In this document: piece by piece, positions 11,829-23,937 of the stretch
Position numbering within the stretch: position 1 is the stretch's first letter
How the letters are laid out: the number at the start of each line of letters is the position of its first letter
Source of the DNA: Chrysomallon squamiferum
Lineage: Eukaryota; Animalia; Mollusca
Reading direction: 5' to 3'
DNA: 64,000 bases
NCBI GenBank assembly: GCA_012295275.1
Contig: CM022673.1
Location: 24,490,001-24,554,000 of the forward strand
Translations under genes and position numbers: made by a program
Notes under the pieces: model-generated
Told to the model about the DNA's origin: nothing
The model's database searches: none
The model's input: the letters and a program-made list of their open reading frames with translations, nothing else

Positions 11829-14800
11829 CTGTAGAGATTTGCTCAACCTGTCTTGCAGAGTTCTGTATATGATGACCTCAGTTTTGTAGTTAATACGCAA
11901 CTAGGACAAACTGACTCCGTTACTAGGGCAAGCATGATTTATAGACACTACAAAGAAGTCGAGCTCGCAGAAGGATTTCCGCACGTATTTAGTAATACAC
12001 GTATATGTCTTTGATAGACAGTTCCATAAACGTTAAATCTTTGACACACTCTTGTGAAACGTCTAAATGATAGCTCAGATCTGTATAATGTCTGATAGGA
12101 TAGATTCTGTGTGGCTGTGGCAATTAATATTATTACTAGTTTTTTACTTTATAACATAGCGTGACTTTGTTAATGAAAAAACTTCTTTCATAACTGGGCA
12201 TTGTTTTGTAACAAGAGAGAAAACAAAGGGAACTATAAAGATGTTTTTTTTTTTCTTCTTCTTCTTTCTTAGAGATCAATATTTTCTCAAAACGAATTTC
12301 AAAAAGGTAATTAATAGTGCAAGAGACAGTTGAGGTTTGAACTTGGATTTTTCCGGATCAGTTCTGTGTCAGTTCTTTATAATCTGAACAAGAAACCAAA
12401 CCATGCATAATTCCACACATTAACACGTTCACCGCGCTTAAGTCTGAGTATTCATAAACATGTTGTTGTTTTTTTTCTCTGAAAGAAAATAATTTTTTAA
12501 TGACGCGTTATAATGGCCTGTTTTATAACATTTTTATGAGTATTAATCTTTTTTTTTCTGTATCATTGATATTATATTAACATTCTGACTATTCTGATTA
12601 TTTACCAGCAGTCCTATATTTGCGGGGTATTTTTAGTTGTTGTCTTGGTTTATACGAAATCTTTCATGAACTTCATCGTGTCATACAAAGGTGAATGAAT
12701 GAATATACGTTGACAATCACTTACAAGTTATTATTTTTAACCAGACTTAATTGTTTTTCACAATCGTCGCCTTTCAAAACCACGATAGCAGCCTCACGAT
12801 ATTGTCACAAATCAAGCAGAGAAAATATTTTACTGATAGTGTTGCATACATTTCACTGTAACTTCACCTCTGTTTATTTAATTATGTCGTGTATGGCGAG
12901 TTTTTCTTATCACGGTAAAAGACTGATTCATCTGTTTTCTAACATCCCAGACATTCTGCTGGTTTCTGAACATCTACAACACACACTTCACAAATCGTGC
13001 AGTGTTTAACTCCTCATTAAAATATTCACAATGTGAGGACTCATTTTACTTGAATATTAAAATTTGTTAAATCTTTGCTTATGGCAGAAACTAAGTCAGA
13101 CTCACCTACAAGATATGATTCTGTTTATTTTCTCCACGACATACAAGACAACATTAAACGTAAATACATTTAATCTTTCAGCCAATAAAACGTTGGTTAT
13201 CAGCATTTTTTTTTTTTTTTTTTTGAACAAATATAATATGAGCAGCCTTATAAGCGTATGTATGGATTAATATTACAGGCAATAAACAATGCTTTTAGTT
13301 ATAATGCCTTGATATAAAAAGGAGAAAAATTATTATAAATGATTTTTTTTTTTTATTATTCTCTTTGCTCTGTTTGTTCTGTTTGTCAGTTTATTTCTTT
13401 GTTTTTTTAATTTAATTATTTATTTTTATTTATTGATTTTTTTTTATGATTTTTTATTTATTTATTATTTTGTTGTTTGTCTCTTAATTATGTTTTTAAT
13501 ATGATACAGGAATTACTATTTCAAATGGGTCAAGGTCGACTAGAAGGTCACACCTCCCACAATCACACAAATGAGAAAGATTTAAAATAGACACAAAAAA
13601 ACAAAACAAAGATGAAACATTATCCTGATTCTCAAAAAACTCATTGTAGCCAAGGCCTGTAAGTGAAGAATTACATTAACGTCCTTTCAGCGTTCTGCTG
13701 TTAAATCTTTAGTGTCCGGCACACATTAAGCGTCGCTTATAAAAGGCTTTTGTTCCAATACGTTGTTAACTTACTCTAAACAGAATGTTTAGTTCGTGCA
13801 GACCGTGTCTATTAAAACAGAGGAATAAAGCGAAGGCGTTTTGGCATCATGATCTATGGAAGTGATATTGTCGTGACGGGGTGCAACAAAAATACAGGCG
13901 TGTTTGTCTACAAAATATTCTTTGTTTTTGTAACAGAATGTTTAGACTTTCAATGAACAAAAGATAAATATAATGTTTACGGAAACTGTGACTTCTGGAA
14001 CTAAAAGTCATGGTTTCTACAGTTCTGTATGAAAGACAAGAAATGCTTTAAAATTTCTGTGATCTGAACACAGCTATTTTGTACGTGTAAAACAGAATAA
14101 AGCTATTTCAAGTTCTGGTCTTCATGTCACTGATGTTATCACCTTACAGCATCACAATCTATATTGTTTTAATTTTTAAAATTATTGCAAACAGCAATAC
14201 AAAGTGTTGCGAGTTTGTGTGAGAAAATTTTCAAAAGCTTGATCGTGCGCTTGGTAGTCAAAAGATGAATATATATTTAGAAAGTATTCAGTACTAAAAC
14301 TCCTCAAATTAAATATATATCAATGAAGATTTTTGTTTTGCTATTGTTCTTGTTGCTGCAGAATACTCGTATTAATTTTATGTACACAGAAGATCATAAT
14401 TTATATTCCTGATCAAAATCTTTAAATATATGCATATATTTATATAGTAAATTTTCCAATTTTATTTTCACTATCTATAATTATTGACGACAAACTCTAC
14501 AGCGATACATAGTTGCTGAATTTACAGTTCTGCAACATTATATTTCGGAAATAATTCACAAATGTTTTATTATTTATAGTTTTACTAATGCTGGCATTCA
14601 TCTTGTTTTAAACTGTTAGCTTGCAGATAATTACCAAACTGTTAATTTCCACCGAGTATTAGACTGGAGACGCCACCCAACCATAACAAGCAGATTAAAC
14701 ACAGCTAGTCTGTCTGTACGCATGAAAGTACCGTCGGCTAAAAGAATAGTTACTTTCTGTTTTTTTCGCCATTAATCCTGATTATACATGACAAAGTATC

Positions 14801-15286
14801 TGAGTAAGACACAGTTCTGCGGCTTCGAGTGCGCGACAAGGGAAGAAGGTTGACAATCTGCAGACAGATGGACAGATAAGACAGTTAGTTAGAATTAGCA
14901 TTCCACAGCATGGCACTAAAGTTAACTTCAAAGGCGAATGATGCTGTGGTGGTAAGCCACACTGAATTAACTGTAGTGATCCAAAATTACAAGTTCATTT
15001 CGTTTCGGTGATCAGTATGTAGTATTCTTATGACGTGAAATTTCTTCACAGCACAAACACTGGTTTTTGTTAAACGTTACTATAAAACAAAATATATATA
15101 TATATATATATATAAAACAGTTGGCAGTGAACAGATCGATTTTCCAACCGATAAAGCAATTAATTTTACATTAAATTTTTATTAAGCTATTGCGTGGTTG
15201 ATTTAGAGCGTGTGGGTCAAATAGTTTATATAAAACAAAACATTTCAGTTGTTTCAAAACCTCTGTACTAATGTTCGAACTGTCTG

Positions 15287-15355
<69 letters not shown>

Positions 15356-15432
15356 TTCATACTTACATACATAAATATATAAATAGAAAATAACATAAAT
15401 ACCTAAAAAATACACTTCACATACGCGTTAAA

Positions 15433-15840
15433 CAATATTCTTGAAAATATTAAGAACCCATATACAGTATGACTTTACAAAGCTATTGAAAACATTAAGA
15501 AAACATATACTTTACAACATTCTTGAAAACATTAAGAACCGATATACAACATTCTTGAAACATTAAGAACACAAGTATAATATGACTTTACAATAGTCTT
15601 GAAAACATTAAGAACATATATACAATATGACTTTACAATACTCTTGAAAACATTAAGAACACATATACAATATGACTTTACAATACTCTTGAAATCATTA
15701 AGAACACATATACAATATGACAACAATATTCGTAAAAACATCAAGAACACTCATGAGAAAGGATCTTGTATGGATATGTGCTTACAACATTCTGAAAATA
15801 TTAAGAATACGTATACAAATGATTATAAATGTTCTTGAAA
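15433..15840. repeat. 45-bp degenerate minisatellite
   Basis: Unit ttgaaaacattaagaacacatatacaatatgactttacaatactc, with several shortened copies. Confidence 0.9.
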
Positions 15841-15922
15841 ATAGTAAAGGCAAAAAATTATATAAAGCTCTGTAGATAAGCTTTACGAGTGACTGTATTA
15901 CAAAGCGTTAGAGAGAAGAAAA

Positions 15923-16088
15923 TTAGACTGGTTTTGTAGTTAAATATTCTTAGACTGGTTTTGTAGTTAAATATTCTTAGACTGGTTTTGTAGTTAAATA
16001 TTGTCAGACTGGTTTTGTAGATAAATATTGTTAGACTGGTTTTGTAGATAAATATTGTCAGACTGGTTTTGTAGATAAATATTGTTAG
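15923..16088. repeat. 27-bp minisatellite, about 6 copies
   Basis: Unit ttagactggttttgtag(t/a)taaatatt(c/g). Confidence 0.95.
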
Positions 16089-17455
16089 CTGTTTTCATTA
16101 GTGTGGTCTGAACTCAGTGTTATTTGCCGTTTTCTTGTTTATATTTTAATTACGTAAATCAGTTCTACGTCACAGTCTGTGTTATTAAGTGATGTAGTCT
16201 TTACATAATTCAAGTTTAAAATAGTAAAACACGTCTTGTTTATATAACAGTGTTTTAGTTAAAGTTTTCTGCTGAAATGAGATTTTTTTTTAATTTTTAA
16301 TTTTTTAATCTTTTTTTATAATGATGTGGCTTTTTAGTTTTTTTTTGTTTTCTTTAATTTTTCAGTTTTTCTTTGTATATGTATGTCCTTTTTTAATAGG
16401 GTTGTTCTGTTACTGTACATTGGTTTTTAATTTATATGTATATATATCTTGATTTTTAATATTATCTTTCATTTCATTTTGAATGTTTTATTCTCGATTC
16501 TCAGTAAAGACAAATACTGTGATATTTGTTCCTGAGACCAGACTCCGGTTATTAAAAATCTCATTTATTTAACTGTGTGCACCACAAATCTTTAATCAAT
16601 GTTCTTGAGGGAATGTTAACAGAAATATTTTCAATATGTTATTGTCAAGACCTTGGTGGTTTATAGTTATGTCGTTTTTATTTACTGATATTTTACAAAT
16701 CCATACGTTAATGTGATTTGAGTACAAGCCAGAATAGATTCTGTTATCTGTTTTAAAAAGTTTATAAAATAATAAAAATAATAAAAAATAAAAAAATCTT
16801 GAAAATCGTACTGCATAAGAAATAAATACTTTTTATATGAGATTTAAAATATTTTAAGTGCTGCTGTAAATTATTTAGCTTTTAGAGGGTTTATTATTAA
16901 TAATGATAATACTAATAGTAGTAGTACTAGCATTAGTAGTAATAGTAGTTGTACTTGAATTTATTTCCTTTTTCTAATTATTTGTTCTATCTTTCTATTA
17001 TTTTATCAGTAATTTATAATGTGGTTCTAGCCTTCAGTTTACTCGAAAAAAATTAAAATGTGTTTGATTATCTGTGACGCATAAACAAACTGAGACGAAT
17101 GCACGACTTCAAAAAAAAAAAAAAATAACAAAAAGAAAAGAGGACTATTTCAAGAGGAATAATGAATGCCATCAGTACTGTTCATTTAATTTTCAAAACG
17201 AAATAAATGTCGTTATGAAAGGAGAAAAAAAATCAAAAATCAATCGACAAACACTGAAATAGAAAAATTCGTAAAGTGTAAATTCCCATCTCACAGGTAT
17301 TCACTCTCAGCGCGTAAGTATGACGCTTTCAGTTTCTGTAAAATAACGTAGTGTTGTAATACGTTTTTCATAAAACTGTGTATTTTAATATCATGTAGCA
17401 GTTCACATGCAGACAAACATTTTATTACTTAACTGTCACTAAATAATCCTCGCTT

Positions 17456-17529
17456 TAGACCCCGCAGTAGATTCTGCAGTAGACTCTGCTGTAGACTCTG
17501 AAGTAGACTCTGCACTAGACTCTGCAGTA
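17456..17529. repeat. 12-bp tandem repeat, about 6 copies
   Basis: Unit tagactctgcag with variants. Confidence 0.9.
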
Positions 17530-18394
17530 TACAGGTTCTCTTCTTGCTAGACGGATTTTATAGTATTTCTTTCTCTTTTTTATTTCATTTTATATTGTAT
17601 TTTTATTACGTGTGTGTGTATATATATATATATTTAAATTTAAAAATGAAAATATTCCGGTACCAGTATAATGAAAACATTTAGTAATCATAAACGTAAA
17701 GTAAAATCAACACCCGATCACCTGAAAACAAAAAAAAAAAAAAACCCAACGATCTGAGCTGGCTGGTATGTATAAATTACAGTCAGTGTTAAACTGCACT
17801 GTTTCTAGTGTGTAACTCGTAGTGGAATGTTTAAGCAGTTGTGACAAATCTGTGACAGGAGACTAGATTGATTACAATCATCACTAATAAAGAAAAGTCC
17901 TTGCGTTCCCCACCTAGACAACGACTGCCCTCTGCTTCTGAAACACTCTGGATAAAAACATTTGTGAATTTAATCCACAAACGCGACTTGGCGGAAATGC
18001 CTATTGGACACTAAAAGCAATCTTTCCGCTGTTAAACGCGTTCCGATTATTTTTCCACGCAAGGGGATGCTTTAAAATACATTTCTGAAAGACGAGGCGA
18101 AATGGTCTGACAGACTCTCACGTTTGTCTCGGAAAGAATTTTTAAATACTCGCAGCTGGAAAAAAAAAAGAAAGAATTGTACTGTCAGTGATATTAATCG
18201 TTCTCACATGTACTGTTTAATTTACAAAAGCTGTGTTGTGGTAAGTGGGTAGATAGATATCTGATATTTTGAAATTAGAAACATCGGCTTCAGGTTTGTC
18301 TCTGTGAATTATTGAAATATTAAACCTCTATGGTTAACTAACAGTGTTTATGATTTCTAACAGTGTTTATGATTTCTCCCAGAAAAGTGTCTCT

Positions 18395-18446
<52 letters not shown>

Positions 18447-19060
18447 AGTCAGTTATTTCGTAATCTTACTTTAATTTACACATAAACACAAGTTTACAAA
18501 ATAAACAAATATTTGTAAAATAATTGCTTTTCGTGTATTTATATCCGCACACACACACACACACACGCGCACACGCACCCACCACGTAACAGTTCGTTTC
18601 TCCGCTGTTGAACTTAAAAGAGTTTTGTCTGCCTGCACAAACAAACCAGGAAGCTGCTTTCAAATCTGTGTCATCATATTTCTCCTTTCATTACGTTTGT
18701 CCATAGCACCTACCTCCATTGTTAGAGTTTCAGTGCTCTTTTTTTTAAACAACCAATACAGCTTTCTGTTTGAGCACTCTTGGGAAGTCATTGGCGATGC
18801 AAGCTTTACAAAGATCAATATCCGTTGACAGAGAAGCCGTTTATTTGATTTCGCATTGACAAGCCGGCACCTTAAAGATTCCATACAAAAATGTGAGAAA
18901 ACAGCGCCATGTCGACCGATATTACATACTGTTAGGTCATGTTCTTTACGCGCTTTCAAACAGGCAAAGTGCCGCAAGCAACCAGCCGATTGTTGCATCC
19001 CAACACTCCCACTTTTTTTTTTTTTCCTTTTCATAATGATTTTTTTTTTTTTTTTTTTCA

Positions 19061-19104
<44 letters not shown>

Positions 19105-19632
19105 ATTATTATTTAATATTAGCGATAAACAAGTTATACAACTTTTTTTTTTTTTCTAGTACACGCTTTAAGAATTTGTAAACGCTTGTGTTTATTGCAG
19201 GTTTATATTTTGGGAATGTAAAAATTATGAAACGTTTTTAAGTGGAATAGTTTGAAAAAAAAAAAATGTACGTTTAATTGTTGTTGTTTTTTTTTGTGAA
19301 AGTGTGTGATGCATAATGTATTTGATGCGAAGTTATTCCACGAGAAAGCGATGGTTCAGTGCAATGATGAATACTAATCGTGAATCATGATTTTTATATA
19401 ATTATCGATTTTAAAAACCGTTAGCGAAATAATGATGATTTTGTCTATTTTAATAGTGTGTGTTTGTGCGTCTGTGTTTGTATGCGTGTCTGCGTGCCTT
19501 TGTGTATTTGTGAGTGTATGCTTGATATAGATTCAGATTTATTTCTTCATCATTACAAACGTGTTATCTACCTCCTGTTTTTCTAGATCTATTATGTGTG
19601 TGTGTGTGACTGTGTGTGTGTGTGTGTCTGTG

Positions 19633-19665
<33 letters not shown>

Positions 19666-20232
19666 TTGTGTTGTGTGTTTGCTCATTGTTTACAAAAACA
19701 CGACTTAATCATTTCCATCGACAGTTTTCGGGTGATTACATAGTTATAAAGGATTTAATATCCCTGATCGCAGGTGATAAATTTCACTTTGTTTGACTCA
19801 GAAAATCTGATTACCGAAGTTAAGACCTTCATTTCACCGACATTAGTAGATTTTTGACGCGTTAATTTAATATTTTCTTATTTTTACTTAGCCACTTATG
19901 CTGTAAATTCATTAAACAATTTTTTCCCCGGATCCATTACGAATGAAATGCGTGTGATTAATTTTGTGATTTGTCAATTAACAAGTGAATGAAACACGAA
20001 GGAAAACTTTTTCCCGTTTGCAGTTGTCTCCCTGCAGAGGTGTAATTGAAAAAGACGACAGTGTCGACCATTTATTACAAAGTTTTCTAAAAACGTAACC
20101 ACCGCGCTATTTCCGAAACTTCTCCCACTACAACAACACAAGACGCAGCCAAAGTCAAACCGTGAAGGTATTGGACAAACTCGTTCACAATGTTATTTGG
20201 TGATTTCGTTTTCTTTTCTTTGTTTTTAATGT

Positions 20233-20312
<80 letters not shown>

Positions 20313-20320
20313 CTTCTTCT

Positions 20321-20389
<69 letters not shown>

Positions 20390-21406
20390 AGAAACAAACA
20401 AAAAAAGCAATTAATTATTTTTTTCTTTCCGGTTGTGGCACCTAGAAACCATTGTGAAAATCTCGACACAAATATACCTCATAGAATTATAGCAATTGAA
20501 GCCAGGAATTAATGAAATACGTTCCAGATTAGTTTAATAATCAGCAGACGCCACAAAGAGGTTCATTCTCTGACTAGCCCAGGCCAACGTAGGTTAAAAA
20601 AATATCTATAAATTAGTGACTAATTTAATAATTCATAACGTTTTTTTTTTTTGTTTGTTTTTTTCATCTTCCTGATCCTTCAATTAGCATCTATAAACTA
20701 AAAACACTGAGTAACCTCGACAATTCATCATCTGTTTTTGTGTGTTTATACAACAATGTTTGTTGAAATGGCATTACGTTTTTTGAAATTCAAGTGTTTG
20801 GAAAAGGTAATGAGAATATATTTGTTTCTAAACGTCACCAGACCGCACGTGCATCCACTCCCTTTTTTTTTTTTCACTGAACAATAACAGTTCAGCATTA
20901 AAAAAAAATCATTTCTCGTTCTCACTCAACACTGAACAAATATCCAAAACAATTCATAAATAATTGTCAGCGTTATTTGTAACGGTCTATTCAAACCTTG
21001 TTTTAATATTACATGCACGAAATTGTTAACACAATATTTTCGTCGAAGCGTTGTTGTTTTTTGTTTTTTTTTTTTTTTTTTTTGTTGTTGTTTGTGTTGT
21101 TGTTTTTTACAATACTACGCTGGTCGTTAAATTCATAATTCAGTTCATTTACTCAAATTCATATTCAAATGATTACGTTAGACTTTTGGTGTAAAAAAAT
21201 CTTTCATGTTTTCCTAAGAGAATATTTACTAAATTAACCAAAGAATATTTCATAAAGCTATTTTTTAAAATCCTTTTTAAATCGTATTTGTGTGTATGTT
21301 TGTGTGTGTCTCTGTGAGTGTTTATGAATACTGGTATTTAGTATTTGAATCAACCTACAATACATTTTGGATTAGTATAGTAATTAGATAAACTTCAGCA
21401 ATATTA

Positions 21407-21411
<5 letters not shown>

Positions 21412-21487
<76 letters not shown>
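21412..21487. repeat. (GT)n microsatellite
   Basis: Pure GT run. Other GT/CA runs at about 139-182, 545-580, 33384-33457 and 42255-42330. Confidence 0.98.
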
Positions 21488-21489
<2 letters not shown>

Positions 21490-22088
21490 AAAAAAAAATT
21501 AAATTCTTCTGATTTTTCTAATATTTTAGAAAATTTGCTGATCGGGTTTTTTTCGACAAAATCAACGGACATAAAAAACAAACAAAGGTCGTGCTTTAAA
21601 ATGAAATGGTTTTATGTCACATTTTTTCTTCATATCAGAACCAATCAAAATATGATCTTTAATGACAAGGGTTCAGGTGAAACGATCTGGTTTTTTCAAT
21701 GTGTGTTCACTGGTGTACATCTTGAAATGGAATCTGCATCAGACCTGGATTATTCTAAGGGTCAGACGACTGTTGAAGATTTCAAACGTGTGACAGAAAG
21801 AAAAAAAAATATGATTAATTTAATAAAACTGCAGTGTTCTTGAAACGAGATGAAGGTGTGTTGTGGAATGTCGAATTAGAATTTCTTCTAAGGAATGATG
21901 TTAAGAAGATTGTTTTTACAGAATGTCACTAACTTCTCGTGCATCTTACGCCATTGTTGTCAGCCATTCAAAACGGACTCAGTACTCTCTATTTGCGTAT
22001 GTTTCAGGGTAACATTTCCTTGTTTTCGAAAGATGAAGAAAATCTGTTTTACTTAATGATATGTTGTTTTCTTCTGTGACAAATAGTG

Positions 22089-23310
22089 TGTTGTATACTG
22101 ATTTGCTTCAGTTGTATGCTCTGATTTGTTTCAGTTTGTTGTATACTCTGATTTGTTTCAGTTTGTTGTATGCTCTGATTTGTTTCAGTCTGTTGTATAC
22201 TCTGATTTGTTTCAGTTTGTTGTATACTGTCACTTGTTTCAGTTTGTTGTATACTCTGATTTGTTTCAGTTTGTTGTATACTGTCAGTTGTTTCAGTTTG
22301 TTGTATACTCTGATTTGTTTCAGTTTGTTGTATATTGTCAGTTCTTTCAGTCTGTTGTATACTCTGATTTGTTTCAGTCTGTTGTATACTCTGATTTGTT
22401 TCAGTCTGTTGTATACTCTGATTTGTTTCAGTTTGTTGTACACTCTGATTTGTTTCAGTTTGTTGTATACTCTGATTTCTTTCAGTCTGTTGTATACTCT
22501 CATTTGTTTCAGTCTGGTGTATATTCTGATTTGTTTCAGTTTGTTGTATACTCTGATTTGCTTCAGTTTGTTGTATGCTCTGAATTGTTTCAGTCTGTTG
22601 TATACTCTGATTTGTTTCAGTTTGTTGTATACTCTCATTTGTTTCAGTTTGTTGTACACTCTGATTTGTTTCAGTTTGTTGTATACTGTCAGTTCTTTCA
22701 GTCTGTTGTATTCTCTGATTTGTTTCAGTTTGTTGTATACTGTCACTTGTTTCAGTTTGTTGTATACTCTGATTTGTTTCAGTTTGTTGTATACTGTCAG
22801 TTGTTTCAGTTTGTTGTATACTCTGATTTGTTTCAGTTTGTTGTATATTGTCAGTTCTTTCAGTCTGTTGTATACTCTGATTTGTTTCAGTCTGGTGTAT
22901 ATTCTGATTTGTTTCAGTTTGTTGTATACTCTGATTTGCTTCAGTTTGTTGTATGCTCTGATTTGTTTCAGTTTGTTGTACACTCTGATTTGTTTCAGTT
23001 TGTTGTATACTGTCAGTTCTTTCAGTCTGTTGTATACTCTGATTTGTTTCAGTCTGTTGTATACTCTGATTTGTTTCAGTTTGTTGTACACTCTGATTTG
23101 TTTCAGTTTGTTGTATACTCTGATTTCTTTCAGTCTGTTGTATGCTCTGATTTCTTTCAGTCTGTTGTATACTCTGATTTGTTTCAGTCTGTTGTATACT
23201 CTCATTTGTTTCAGTTTGTTGTATACTCTCATTTGTTTCAGTTTGTTGTATACTCTCATTTGTTTCAGTTTGTTGTATACTCTCATTTGTTTCAGTTTGT
23301 TGTACACTCT
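22089..23310. repeat. 27-bp minisatellite, about 44-45 copies
   Basis: Unit ttgttgtatactctgatttgtttcagt with recurring variants. Generates three long repetitive ORFs. Confidence 0.97.
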
Positions 23311-23815
23311 GTTTTGTCTCTTCTCTATTATTGTTTTGTGTTATGAAAATATCAAGATTATGTTATAAATACATCAACCGTAAGGATTATATAAATATAA
23401 TGTATTTGGTTTTATATTTTAGTATTTCTATTCTTTCATTTTTAATTTAATTATATTTTATTCATTTTTATTATTTTTTTTAATATATATTTTTATATTT
23501 TTAGAAATTTTACTTTAGTTTATTTATTTAATTTTTATTTTTTTTTTATTTTTTTTTTTTTTTTGATATCTCGAATACATCGATAATACATTTTACAACT
23601 GTATAATACGTGAGGACCTCGCTGTAAACACTTACATTAACCAGCTAGTCGTAACAGTGACATCTGCATCAGCCAGCTCATCAGACGACACGTTGTGAAC
23701 AAATACTTTTAATTCTGGTCAGGTATTTATTGGAACACACTGGGTACAGAGTCAGAAATGTTTTGAAGATGATTGTGTTCACATGTTGAAGACGATGTCA
23801 GTAACTGACACTCGT

Positions 23816-23937
23816 CCAATGGCGTAATTTGATTCCTCCAGCTATAATACTGACATGTCTTCCCCAGCAGTCACAGACACGTCTGGATAAACTGTCAAGC
23901 GTCAGTTACAATTCTGCAGCCTCAGACAGTTTATCTG
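23816..23937 (+). promoter_or_regulatory. Candidate core promoter and non-coding first exon of the neuropeptide gene
   Basis: CCAAT at 23816-23820, TATAAT at 23843-23848, initiator-like CAGTCA at 23868-23873 (26-30 nt after the TATA), then a splice donor CTG|GTATGT at 23937/23938. The first coding exon has an acceptor just before its ATG, so an upstream exon is required. Confidence 0.5.

Noticed and set aside
15433-16088. CRISPR-like appearance of the regular repeats (also 22089-23310 and 54885-55585)
   Set aside because: Units are head-to-tail with no unique spacers, there are no cas genes, and the context is eukaryotic.
22061-23368. Three long overlapping ORFs (435, 399 and 406 aa)
   Set aside because: They are translations of a 27-bp tandem repeat that lacks stops in those frames. 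They are open on both strands and have no unique domain.
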